NCBI GenBank assembly: GCA_048882385.1
Contig: JBHLRQ010000009.1
Span: forward strand, 1 to 53,324
DNA from: Candidatus Thorarchaeota archaeon
GTDB taxonomy: Archaea > Asgardarchaeota > Thorarchaeia > Thorarchaeales > Thorarchaeaceae
Reading direction: 5' to 3'
Length of the DNA: 53,324 nt
Shown in pieces: positions 26,512-35,568 of the stretch. How positions within the stretch are numbered: position 1 is the first letter of the stretch; the number at the start of each line of letters is the position of its first letter. The notes below the pieces were generated by a model, which made no database searches, had not been told where the DNA came from, and saw nothing but the letters and a program-made list of their open reading frames with translations. The translations under genes were made by a program, and so were the position numbers.

Positions 26512-28296
26512 ATGCTCACTCTTGAAGAAACAATTGAAAGAATTTTGAAACAGCGGTCCGATTATGAACGTAAGGACATATTGAAAATGATTGAAGAAAA
26601 GCGGCAAGAACTCGGATCAGAAGTAATCAATGATGAGTCAGCTGCTATGATTGTGGCAAGAGAACTCGGAGTTGATCTTCATCAAGTTTCTCCTTCAGCA
26701 CGTCAGAAAATAGAGGATATCACGGAATCAACGAGGAATGTCGCAATAACTGCAAGAGTCGACCAAATTGGGACTGTTCGCACATTCAGTCGTAAAGATG
26801 GAGGTGGAGAAGGGAAGGTTGCTAGCATTCGAGTTTCTGATGAAACGGGAGGCATTAGAGTAGTTCTTTGGGATGAGTTAACTAAAGCAGTTAGTGAGAA
26901 TCTTATCTCCATTGATGATGTAATACAGCTGCGAGGAGCCTATGTCAAGAAAGGACTTGGGGATTCGCTTGAACTTAACCTAGGTCGAATGGGGCATATC
27001 AGACAACTTGAAGACTACGAAGTTGAAGAACTGGGAATTGACTTCGGCGCATCTGTATCTGAAGAAATGAAAATATCAGATCTCAAGGAGGGTTTATTCG
27101 GGATCAGTATGAAAGTTCTGATTCAGAAAGTATTCAGATTATCGACCTTCACAAGACAAAGAGACGGATCAGAGGGGAAGGTCTTGAGTATGATAGCGGC
27201 GGATGAAACAGGTACTGTGAGACTTGTTTTCTGGGATGATAGCGCTACTGAAATGGAAGATGCTGAAGAAGATGAGGTGATTAGACTCAGGAATGTTAAT
27301 ACCCGCCTGAATCGTGATGGTTCAGATATCGAAGTCCATGTTGGCAGATCTGCTACAATTGAAAGAGGGCTCAAGGATAAAATTGAAGCAGTTGAGGGAG
27401 GTTTCGGAGGAGGTTCTGAACCTCTAGGCAAAAAAGAAATTGTTGATTTAACAACAGGAATGTGGGATGTGGACATTGAGGGGAAAGTTATCACAGTATA
27501 TGACATGAAAGAGTATACAACAAAGGATGGAAGAGAGGGAACTCTCAGAAGTCTAATTCTGGCAGATGAAACTGGTAAGACACGTGTTACTTTTTGGAAT
27601 GAAGATGTTGAGAAGATTGAAGACGTCAAAGAGGGTGACATAATAGAGATTCTTCATGGATATGTGAAAGAGGGATACAGGGGCGATGCAGAACTCCAAG
27701 TTGGACGTAAAGCTGAGATTAAGATCAATCCCAAGGGATCAAAGCTGAAGAAACTTGATGTTTCCCAAATATCCCTGCAGCCTTTGACAAAAGCGTCGAG
27801 AGTTCTAATTGGAGATATTGGCGATAATTATGAGGACAGGAATGTGGAGATATGTGGCATCGTGGTAAATTTGAGCCAAAGTATGAGCCCTATTTACCAG
27901 GCTTGTCCAAACTGCAATAAAAAACTGGACGAGACTGATGGAGAGTACATATGCAAGTCATGCGGAAAGGTCAGTAATCCAGAACCAAGAATGCTTTACA
28001 AAATTACTGTAGATGACGGGTCGGGATCAATCCGAGTGACTCTTTTCGGCAAGGTGGGAGAGGAATTACTTCAGATGACTGCCGAAGAGGCTGACAAAAT
28101 AATAAAGAAATCAGGACGAAATGAACAGCCACTGATTGAAAACTCTGACAAAGTCGTGGGACGATACATCTCTCTCTATGGTCGAGTAAAGAAATTCCGG
28201 GACTCGCTAGACCTTTCAGCAAATGGTTTCGAGTATGCAGATCCAGTAAGAGAGGTCAAACGTCTGAAGGAAGAGATTCAGAAAGAGATCGCATAA
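26512..28296 (+). CDS. rpa1: Replication protein A large subunit (N-terminal DUF2240-like helical domain, four OB folds, Zn finger)
   Basis: Repeated OB motif DETG.(I/V)R(V/L).(L/F)W three times, then YQACPNCNKKL...CKSC and DDGSGSIRVTLF. Confidence 0.92.
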   Translation: MLTLEETIERILKQRSDYERKDILKMIEEKRQELGSEVINDESAAMIVARELGVDLHQVSPSARQKIEDITESTRNVAITARVDQIGTVRTFSRKDGGGEGKVASIRVSDETGGIRVVLWDELTKAVSENLISIDDVIQLRGAYVKKGLGDSLELNLGRMGHIRQLEDYEVEELGIDFGASVSEEMKISDLKEGLFGISMKVLIQKVFRLSTFTRQRDGSEGKVLSMIAADETGTVRLVFWDDSATEMEDAEEDEVIRLRNVNTRLNRDGSDIEVHVGRSATIERGLKDKIEAVEGGFGGGSEPLGKKEIVDLTTGMWDVDIEGKVITVYDMKEYTTKDGREGTLRSLILADETGKTRVTFWNEDVEKIEDVKEGDIIEILHGYVKEGYRGDAELQVGRKAEIKINPKGSKLKKLDVSQISLQPLTKASRVLIGDIGDNYEDRNVEICGIVVNLSQSMSPIYQACPNCNKKLDETDGEYICKSCGKVSNPEPRMLYKITVDDGSGSIRVTLFGKVGEELLQMTAEEADKIIKKSGRNEQPLIENSDKVVGRYISLYGRVKKFRDSLDLSANGFEYADPVREVKRLKEEIQKEIA

Positions 28297-28363
28297 AAAC
28301 GAGTAAATATCAAATAAACATCTTATTCATGTTTATAATCAATAAATGACTGGTTAATATATC

Positions 28364-28636
28364 ATGAATCCTACCCGCATGGTTGTCGCAGAGAAGAATT
28401 ACCTTAGAGGTGTTCTTAGAGCTTTCCTCGAAGGAAAGAAGACTAGCAACTATGTGATTGGCTGTTTTAGAAACGTTCCAATTTCAATATTTGATGAGGT
28501 AGCAAAAGATCTGTCTAGTTATTCTCAAAACCTTCGATTCGGTGAACTATACAAGATAAGAAAAAAACTCATCCAGAATCTAGAGAACCGAGAAGAGAAG
28601 ACTCGTTGGAGTCCATGGGTTCTAGGGAAGTACTAG
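28364..28636 (+). CDS. Hypothetical protein
   Basis: 90 aa ORF with ATG after an AT-rich TATA-like spacer; 4-nt convergent overlap with sufS. Confidence 0.55.
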   Translation: MNPTRMVVAEKNYLRGVLRAFLEGKKTSNYVIGCFRNVPISIFDEVAKDLSSYSQNLRFGELYKIRKKLIQNLENREEKTRWSPWVLGKY

Positions 28637-29874
28637 GAACTCGCCTTTATTAGGGACTCCATTCCTTCCAGAAAAATTGCGACATCTGATTGATTGTTAT
28701 AGAGGTAGAAACTCGCACGCGCAGTTCCCTTCTTTGGATCGATACCCATCTGATAGTGGAAAGGTCCTACGCAATGCCAACCGGACCTAACCATGACATT
28801 GAATTCATCATTCAAGAACGAAGCGACATCATGCGCAGAAGGAACCGTATCAACAGTAAATGTGACCAGTCCCGTCTTAATCGATATATCATCAGTTCCC
28901 AGAATGTGGACTGTTTCCATTTGTAACAGTCGCTTCAGTGCCAAATCAAGTAGTGAGCGCTCATGTTTCTCAATCTCGTGCATCCCAATTGATTGGAGAT
29001 ATTCAGCAGCGGCTCCAGCTCCTATAGCACCTGCATAATTCTGGAGACCTGCTTCAAACTTCTCAGGAGGAGGTAGGTACTCAGGTAGGATTTTGTTGTT
29101 TTCGAATCGCACATCACTCACAGTATCGCCTCCGTAAAGGCACATGTTCATTGATTCGAGCTGTTCCAACTTACCATAGAGAACACCCATGCCTGTGGGT
29201 CCACACATCTTATGGACTGATATTGCAGAGAAATCAACATCAAGATCACGAACATCCAATGGATGGTGAGGGGCATATTGGGCATCATCGCTCACTACAA
29301 GAGCTCCACGATCATGTGCTAGTTCGACAATTTCTTTCAATGGTGCAACAGTACCAGTGACATTGGAAGAATGGACAACCGAAATGAGGCTGGTATTGCT
29401 ATCTATTGCATTCTTCCAGTCCTCAATGTCAAAGGTCCCGTCTGGTTGAGCTCTGACTATCTCAATATCTAATCCATCTCGTTTCGCTCGCTCTACATAT
29501 GGCAGGGATCCACTGTGGTGCTCAAGAGAAGTTGTGATGATTTTGGAATTCTTAGGTAGTTTGACTGAACTGGCAACCATGTTTAGTGACTCTGTGGCGT
29601 TTCTAGTCCAAATACATTCTTCTGGTTGAGCAGCATTCAGGAATTTAGAGAATTTGTCCCTAGCTGCTGAATAAGCATTTGAGGCCTCTTCACCGAATTT
29701 ATGGATACTTCTTCCTCCACAAGCGGGGTACAACTCGTAGTATTCGTTCATAGCATCAAGGACTTGTCGCGGTTTGAGAGCCATACACGCGCTGTCCAAG
29801 TATACAACTGGACGTCCGTTTATTTTTCGTTCAATTGCAGGAAAGTCGTTTCTGATTTTAGTCCAGTCAACCAT
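28633..29874 (-). CDS. sufS: Cysteine desulfurase, SufS/group II class-V aminotransferase
   Basis: VYLDSA, NATESLN, EHHS, HSSNVTG, DDAQ, SVHKMCGPTG, FEAG, RSGWHC, RASFYLYN. Confidence 0.9.
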   Translation of the reverse strand: MVDWTKIRNDFPAIERKINGRPVVYLDSACMALKPRQVLDAMNEYYELYPACGGRSIHKFGEEASNAYSAARDKFSKFLNAAQPEECIWTRNATESLNMVASSVKLPKNSKIITTSLEHHSGSLPYVERAKRDGLDIEIVRAQPDGTFDIEDWKNAIDSNTSLISVVHSSNVTGTVAPLKEIVELAHDRGALVVSDDAQYAPHHPLDVRDLDVDFSAISVHKMCGPTGMGVLYGKLEQLESMNMCLYGGDTVSDVRFENNKILPEYLPPPEKFEAGLQNYAGAIGAGAAAEYLQSIGMHEIEKHERSLLDLALKRLLQMETVHILGTDDISIKTGLVTFTVDTVPSAHDVASFLNDEFNVMVRSGWHCVGPFHYQMGIDPKKGTARASFYLYNNQSDVAIFLEGMESLIKASS

Positions 29875-29879
29875 GGTAA

Positions 29880-30113
29880 TCAGTCCTTAGTCAATCGCCA
29901 CCGATATCCTCCCTTACCGAACGTCTTTGTAATCAAACCTTTTTGCACAAGCTGGTTTGCTGCTGCGATGAATGCATCACCTCCTGCACAATCTGTGCAT
30001 AGTTCGGCATATTCCTCAGTGTGAGCCATCTCCAGAATTTCTGTTGTGGTCAGAGAGTCTGCATTTTGGAGTATCTCGAAAACACACTGAGCATTTCTTG
30101 AAAGTTCAGTCAT
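29880..30113 (-). CDS. Small winged-helix protein with CxxC, co-oriented 5 nt upstream of sufS
   Basis: LS..AQ.VFEIL...LTTTEI...CTDC...ANQLVQKGLI...GGYRWRL wHTH pattern; start set at ATG 30113. Confidence 0.7.
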   Translation of the reverse strand: MTELSRNAQCVFEILQNADSLTTTEILEMAHTEEYAELCTDCAGGDAFIAAANQLVQKGLITKTFGKGGYRWRLTKD

Positions 30114-30273
30114 CGTTAGCCGAGGCGAAACATCCAGCAATAAGAAACCTTCGTAATAAACAACAAAGGCATTCAACAAAATGCTTAAATTAACACTTGA
30201 GCCGGTGAGCCCGCTCTATTTCTTTCGGGGCTTTTGCTCTGGTTTGTGTGAAATAGGGATAGGGTGATTCCTC

Positions 30274-30525
30274 ATGGGAAGAAGAAGAAGACAAAAAGTA
30301 ACTCGACGGCCACAGAAACGTATTCCGGATGTGTATCCTTGTCCACACTGTGGAAACACGGCAATCAAAATCGAACTCTATCGCGATAATGGTATGGCTA
30401 CCGTAAAGTGTGGATCATGTGGATTAGAAATGACCATTGATGAGGTTAACCCATTGACTGAACATGTTGACATCTATGGCTCCTTCATAGATAGGTTCTA
30501 TGAGGAAAGAAAAGCTGAAGCCTGA
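30274..30525 (+). CDS. elf1: Transcription elongation factor Elf1-like zinc ribbon protein
   Basis: MGRRRR, YPCPHCG...VKCGSCG, VDIYGSFID; GGTGA SD. Confidence 0.9.
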   Translation: MGRRRRQKVTRRPQKRIPDVYPCPHCGNTAIKIELYRDNGMATVKCGSCGLEMTIDEVNPLTEHVDIYGSFIDRFYEERKAEA

Positions 30526-30591
30526 TGCAGTCCAACACTAAACATTCAGCAATGATTATAAGCGGACTCAGTCCGTGGGCACAAGATTCCA

Positions 30592-30705
30592 ATGCAAGCT
30601 GATACATTCCTTTCTGTATTGTACATCATTCTAGCTGGAATGGGTATCCTTGCCCTGCTTCTCACTATGGGCTACATGATCTATGGTGAGGAAGACGAAG
30701 AGTAA
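30592..30705 (+). CDS. Putative 37-aa single-pass membrane peptide (not in ORF track)
   Basis: Hand translation MQADTFLSVLYIILAGMGILALLLTMGYMIYGEEDEE; fills the gap between elf1 and the next ORF in the same orientation. Confidence 0.6.
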   Translation: MQADTFLSVLYIILAGMGILALLLTMGYMIYGEEDEE

Positions 30706-30713
30706 CTGACGGG

Positions 30714-30941
30714 ATGTTGCTCCCGATGACAGGTTCAATTCTACGTATTGTATTTGAAAGAGTGGCTCCGCATATCTCTAATCTTGATGATATCAAAGCA
30801 CTTGTTGATGAGATTGAGAAGAAGACAGATTCTATGGATTCTATTATTCAAGAACTTGAATTGAGATTGGAAGACGCAGAAGTGACACTTAGGACTGATA
30901 TACGCATCTTGATTAATGAATGTCGACATCTCAAAAGATAG
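30714..30941 (+). CDS. Hypothetical small helical protein
   Basis: 75 aa amphipathic helical ORF 12 nt upstream of lhr; alternative start 30726. Confidence 0.65.
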   Translation: MLLPMTGSILRIVFERVAPHISNLDDIKALVDEIEKKTDSMDSIIQELELRLEDAEVTLRTDIRILINECRHLKR

Positions 30942-30953
30942 GACGTCGACTGG

Positions 30954-33794
30954 ATGAGTGAATTCGCACCTCTAAGTAATGAAATAGGTAAATTCCTTAG
31001 AGCTAATGGAATAATCCAATTCACTCCTATTCAGGAGAAGGCAGTACCCTACTTGCACAAGACCAATGAAAATGCTCTACTATTGGCACCAACTGGAAGC
31101 GGCAAGACTGAGGCAGCGCTACTTCCTCTGTTACATCGTCTGCGGATGATGAAAGATGTGAAAGATCTTTTTGGATTTTATATTCTGTATATCACACCTC
31201 TGAGAGCTCTAAATCGCGATGTTTTCAAGAGAATTGAAGATCTTTGTAGCTATCTTGGACTTACTGTCGCAGTGCGTCATGGTGATACAACTCAGTACGC
31301 AAGAAGGAAACAAGCCATTAGTCCACCAAATCTTTTGATTACTACTCCTGAAACGTTGCAGGCAATATTACCTGGTAAAAGGCTAAGATATCATCTCAAG
31401 ACAGTCTTTGCTGTCGTTGTCGATGAGATTCATGATCTTGCTGGTAGCAAGAGGGGTACACAGCTAAGTCTGGGCCTAGAGAGACTAGATCGCGTTGTAG
31501 GTTCTCCAGTACAACGAGTCGGTTTATCAGCAACAGTTGGAAATGCAAAGGAAGTGGCCTTTCTCCTAGGGGGCAGAAGAGCTGTAAAGACAATTTGGGC
31601 AGGATATGATCAACGTCAAATGGACCTCGGAGTGGTTATGCCAGAACCTGCGGAGAGACACAGACTGCTTGCCAAGAAAATATCCTATCCACCACATTCT
31701 GTTGCCCGACTGGAGAAAATTGTGGAGCTCATTAATAATCATAAATCAGTCATTGTGTTCACAAATACGCGGTCATTCTCTGAAGTTCTAGGAGCAAAGA
31801 TGCTTGCTATCAAGCCGCCTTATGATTTTGATGTCCATCATGGCTCACTCTCGAAGACTGTTCGCCTATCAGCGGAAGATAGACTCAAGACTGGTATTTC
31901 GAAGGCAATCATAGCAACTTCAAGTCTCGAGCTTGGAATTGATATCGGACAGGCGGACTTGGTTATACAATATTCTTCACCGAGGGAGGTTTCTAGACTA
32001 CTACAGAGAAGTGGTCGGTCAGGACATGGCATAGGAAGGTCTTCGAAGGGTATAGTGATAGCAACAGTAAATCTTGATGATATCACAGAGTCAGGGGTAA
32101 TTCTCAGGCGTGCGAAACAAAACAAGGTTGAAAACGCGAAAATACCCCTAAAATCGTGGGACGTCCTTAGCCATCAAATTGCAGGAGTTTTACTGGACGT
32201 TGACCACATAGATAGAAACGAACTTTTTGAATTAAGTAACTCAGCTTATCCTTTCAAGCTAATGAACAATGATGAATTCACAATGCTTCTCAGTTTTCTT
32301 GAGGAAAGGAAAATCTTGGAGATAAATGAAACAGAAATTTCGAGAGGATCAAGAACACGGATTTTCTACTATGACCGTTTGAGTACTATTCCTGATGTGA
32401 ATCAAGTGAATGCTGTGGACATGACCACTCGTACATCCATTGGAGTGCTTGATGAGGATTTTGTTTCTTCTAATGTTGAAGCTGGGTCAGTTTTTGTATT
32501 TAGAGGCAGGCCTTGGAATGTGGTTAATATTGATGATGAAACTGGTGAAGTACTATGTGTACCAGCTTCAGGAACTGATAGCGAAGCACCTCGGTGGGTT
32601 GGAGAGATGATTCCTGTTCCCTTTGAGGTTGCATCAGAAGTTGCGAAGATGTGGAACGCAGTAGTGGATATGGACTCAAAGACTGTGAGTAAGTGGTTGG
32701 TTCGAGAATATGGGATATCAAAGGATGCCCATCAACACATGTTTGAAACACTGAGAACAAGTAAAGAAAGTTTGAAGCAACTTCCTTCTGAAAATCATTT
32801 CATTCTGGAAGAATTTGATTCAGGATTGGTCTTGCATGCGCCTCTTGGAACCAATGTCAATGAAACCTTAGGGATAGTTATCGCCTCTCTTCTGACAACT
32901 CGCTTTGGAGTTGAAGTGGCTGTTGAAAGGGACCCCTATCGTATACTTTTCACAGCAGGAAGAAGGATAGATCCTCAATGGGTCATGGATATTCTTAAAG
33001 AATATACAGGACAACAGGTTTCAGTCATCCTCCGTCTGGCAATGAAACATACACAGAATTTTGCTTCACGGTTCATCCACGTTGCAAGACGAATGGATAT
33101 TGTACGGAAAGATGCAAAACCAAAGGAAATTCCTGTCAAACACCTGATCAAATCCTTTGAGAGATCGCCAGTATTTCAGGAGGCCATGAGAGAGGTTTTG
33201 GATGACAAGATGGATGAGAGAAGGGTCATGACAATATTCGATGATTTCTCAAAGGGAGATATCAGGATTCATTCAGTAAAGACTGAAAGCCCCTCACCAC
33301 TGGCAAGGCTGATAATAGAGGAGAAGACCCGATTCGAAGTCATGGGAGAGATAACCGACGAGAATGAAGTACTTCGAATGATGGAAGAACGGCTCCTTTC
33401 AAAGAAATTCAGACTGGTTTGTATGGCAGAAGGACATTGGAATTCTGTAAGAACAGTGTCCACATTGGAAGATATTGTAACATGCCCAATATGTGAATCT
33501 AAAATGATTGCTGCAACAACTCCAACAAAGAATGATATTCCAAAGATAGTTGCAAAGCTGAAACGCGGCGAAAAACTCACAAAGACCGAGGAGAAGGAAC
33601 ATAGGGCTGCTGCATTAACTGCAGAACTAGTGTCAACGTATGGGAAGACTGCTCTGATTGTTTTAGCAGGACGAGGAATTGGAGCGACTACTGCAGCTCG
33701 AATATTGAAACCGAGATTGAGAGACCGACTTGAGATTCTTAGAGAGATCGCAAAAGGAGAACTTCAATATGAAAGAACTCGAGAGTACTGGTAA
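30954..33794 (+). CDS. lhr: Lhr-family SF2 helicase with C-terminal Zn module
   Basis: APTGSGKT, YITPLRALNRD, TTPETL, DEIH, GLSAT, HHGSLS, LELGID, QRSGRSGH, C..H / CPIC. Confidence 0.93.
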   Translation: MSEFAPLSNEIGKFLRANGIIQFTPIQEKAVPYLHKTNENALLLAPTGSGKTEAALLPLLHRLRMMKDVKDLFGFYILYITPLRALNRDVFKRIEDLCSYLGLTVAVRHGDTTQYARRKQAISPPNLLITTPETLQAILPGKRLRYHLKTVFAVVVDEIHDLAGSKRGTQLSLGLERLDRVVGSPVQRVGLSATVGNAKEVAFLLGGRRAVKTIWAGYDQRQMDLGVVMPEPAERHRLLAKKISYPPHSVARLEKIVELINNHKSVIVFTNTRSFSEVLGAKMLAIKPPYDFDVHHGSLSKTVRLSAEDRLKTGISKAIIATSSLELGIDIGQADLVIQYSSPREVSRLLQRSGRSGHGIGRSSKGIVIATVNLDDITESGVILRRAKQNKVENAKIPLKSWDVLSHQIAGVLLDVDHIDRNELFELSNSAYPFKLMNNDEFTMLLSFLEERKILEINETEISRGSRTRIFYYDRLSTIPDVNQVNAVDMTTRTSIGVLDEDFVSSNVEAGSVFVFRGRPWNVVNIDDETGEVLCVPASGTDSEAPRWVGEMIPVPFEVASEVAKMWNAVVDMDSKTVSKWLVREYGISKDAHQHMFETLRTSKESLKQLPSENHFILEEFDSGLVLHAPLGTNVNETLGIVIASLLTTRFGVEVAVERDPYRILFTAGRRIDPQWVMDILKEYTGQQVSVILRLAMKHTQNFASRFIHVARRMDIVRKDAKPKEIPVKHLIKSFERSPVFQEAMREVLDDKMDERRVMTIFDDFSKGDIRIHSVKTESPSPLARLIIEEKTRFEVMGEITDENEVLRMMEERLLSKKFRLVCMAEGHWNSVRTVSTLEDIVTCPICESKMIAATTPTKNDIPKIVAKLKRGEKLTKTEEKEHRAAALTAELVSTYGKTALIVLAGRGIGATTAARILKPRLRDRLEILREIAKGELQYERTREYW

Positions 33795-33807
33795 ATCGAA
33801 CAAGCCA

Positions 33808-34404
33808 ATGATTGTGTTTGCTGGGAGAAGTAATGTGGGGAAAAGCAGCACAATTCGGGCTCTCACAGGCAAAAAGGTACGCGTGGGAAAGAAACCCGGC
33901 AGTACTCGTTGGGAGCTTATGATTGATTTCGGTCCAATTACGATTGTGGACATTCCTGGGTTTGGTTTTATGGCAGGACAAAGTAAGACTGCTATTGAAG
34001 AAACAAAGGTCAATATTGTGCAGAAATTGGAGTCTTGGAGTAAAAGGTTAGTATTGTCAATCTTGATAATTGACATCTCCCTCTTCAGAGAGATTTTTGA
34101 TAGATGGTCTTCTCGGGGAGAGATACCTATAGATGTGGAGTTCTACAGCTTCTTATCAGAGATTTCGCCAAACGTGATTGTCTTGGCAAATAAGAGTGAC
34201 AAGTTGAAAAAACGAAATCTGACCGATGAACTGGCTTTTTTAGTAGACAGACTCAAGGAAGTGGAGCCAGCAACTGAGCCAATTGTTGTTGTGGCATCGG
34301 CTCTAAAGAGATTTGGAATTAAGGAACTCACTGAAACCATTGACTCTCTCTTAGGAGAGCAAGGAGTTGAAAGTCCTAAGTGGGCTTTCACCGCATCTTT
34401 TTGA
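33808..34404 (+). CDS. engB: GTP-binding protein EngB/YihA
   Basis: GRSNVGKS, PGST, DIPGFG, NKSD, SAL; start set at ATG 33808. Confidence 0.9.
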   Translation: MIVFAGRSNVGKSSTIRALTGKKVRVGKKPGSTRWELMIDFGPITIVDIPGFGFMAGQSKTAIEETKVNIVQKLESWSKRLVLSILIIDISLFREIFDRWSSRGEIPIDVEFYSFLSEISPNVIVLANKSDKLKKRNLTDELAFLVDRLKEVEPATEPIVVVASALKRFGIKELTETIDSLLGEQGVESPKWAFTASF

Positions 34405-35485
34405 ACATGTAGAAGACTACTCCTAAGACTAGAACTACTGTAGAGATGATTGTTAGTGGTATTATGGCACTAGGAGGTGTGAAAAACTCTTCAGAAAGCC
34501 AGTCGATTATGTTCATGAATAGACGAGCATTATCACCCATATAGAACCATTTTAGGTCAGTATCAGGATAGTCAAGATTGCGTCCTGAGAACATGAGAGT
34601 TGAACCAGAGATTACTATGCGGCTCGACCCGTATTCGAAAGCAGACATCCAAGCTGGAAAGGTCCCGTTTATCGCAGAATAAGAGAACGGATTTAGTTCA
34701 AAATCTGCAAGGCTAATATTTGGATGGGAATAGTTAGCCCAACTATTGAAGTCCTCTTTATACTGAGCAAAAGAGCTTTCATACCCTCGGGCGATTCCAC
34801 TGGCTAGTTCGAAGGGTTTCAATGTAGCAGTCATCGTGTAAAGATCATTGATATTCCTGAAAATGGGGTGATTGGGGTCCCAAGTGCTCGAATCTAATTT
34901 TATCATCCACGAATATGTTTCGTTGAATATGGGGTGATCGATATCGAACATTGTATCCCCGTATACATCCTGAAGACCAGTTTCATTGACACTGAATCTA
35001 ACACTCGTGATGTTAAGATCATCAAGAAGTCTATTGATTGCTTGATTTTCACCTAAGTCTTGAAAGAGTGACTCAGCCCAGTAGCTAGAAGTATCTTCAA
35101 TTGTAGGATCACCTAGAAGGAACAGCGAACTCCCATTTGCAAGCATCTCTGCGATTCCACTCGTTTCTTCTTCAATAAATGGAACACTAACATCGGGATC
35201 AGCAATAATGAGAATATCAACATCATTTAGGACTTCATCAGTGAGTCTCTCGTTTTCATTGATATGGACTATGTATTTTGTTGATGCATTAACCATGTCG
35301 AGCACAAGCTTCAAGCCATTTTCTGCATCATCTGCCTCAAACTGTTGATCATGTCGCATATCATAGACTACTACAATAGGGTCTAATTCAGACTGAGCAC
35401 TAACAATGCCCTGTATACTAGATAGAAGGATCATAACAGTGACTACTGTTGCGAGAACTCTAGTGGTATTCCTGAGCTGCTTCAT
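34388..35485 (-). CDS. Type I membrane protein with extracellular GIFT/DUF4350-like (GldG/IFT52/OST48-related) domain
   Basis: Signal peptide, VVYD..H, DVDILIIADP..PF..EE, G.SLFLLGD, INRLL, SRIVISGS..FS, DNARLFMNIIDWL, C-terminal TM and KKMR; several N-x-S/T sequons. Confidence 0.7.
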   Translation of the reverse strand: MKQLRNTTRVLATVVTVMILLSSIQGIVSAQSELDPIVVVYDMRHDQQFEADDAENGLKLVLDMVNASTKYIVHINENERLTDEVLNDVDILIIADPDVSVPFIEEETSGIAEMLANGSSLFLLGDPTIEDTSSYWAESLFQDLGENQAINRLLDDLNITSVRFSVNETGLQDVYGDTMFDIDHPIFNETYSWMIKLDSSTWDPNHPIFRNINDLYTMTATLKPFELASGIARGYESSFAQYKEDFNSWANYSHPNISLADFELNPFSYSAINGTFPAWMSAFEYGSSRIVISGSTLMFSGRNLDYPDTDLKWFYMGDNARLFMNIIDWLSEEFFTPPSAIIPLTIISTVVLVLGVVFYMFKKMR

Positions 35486-35568
35486 TTTGATATACCCGAC
35501 CTTTCGGCTCAGTCAGCGTGCCTGACCATAGGCCGTGTTTTAAAGTTATCCTCATAACATATCGGTGA

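Noticed and set aside
27123-27641. Antisense shadow ORFs (this 172 aa ORF and others such as 12860-13315, 37037-37447, 39196-39684, 49641-50051)
   Set aside because: They lie opposite well-supported genes, have antisense-type composition (often Ser/Thr/Ile-rich) and no motifs
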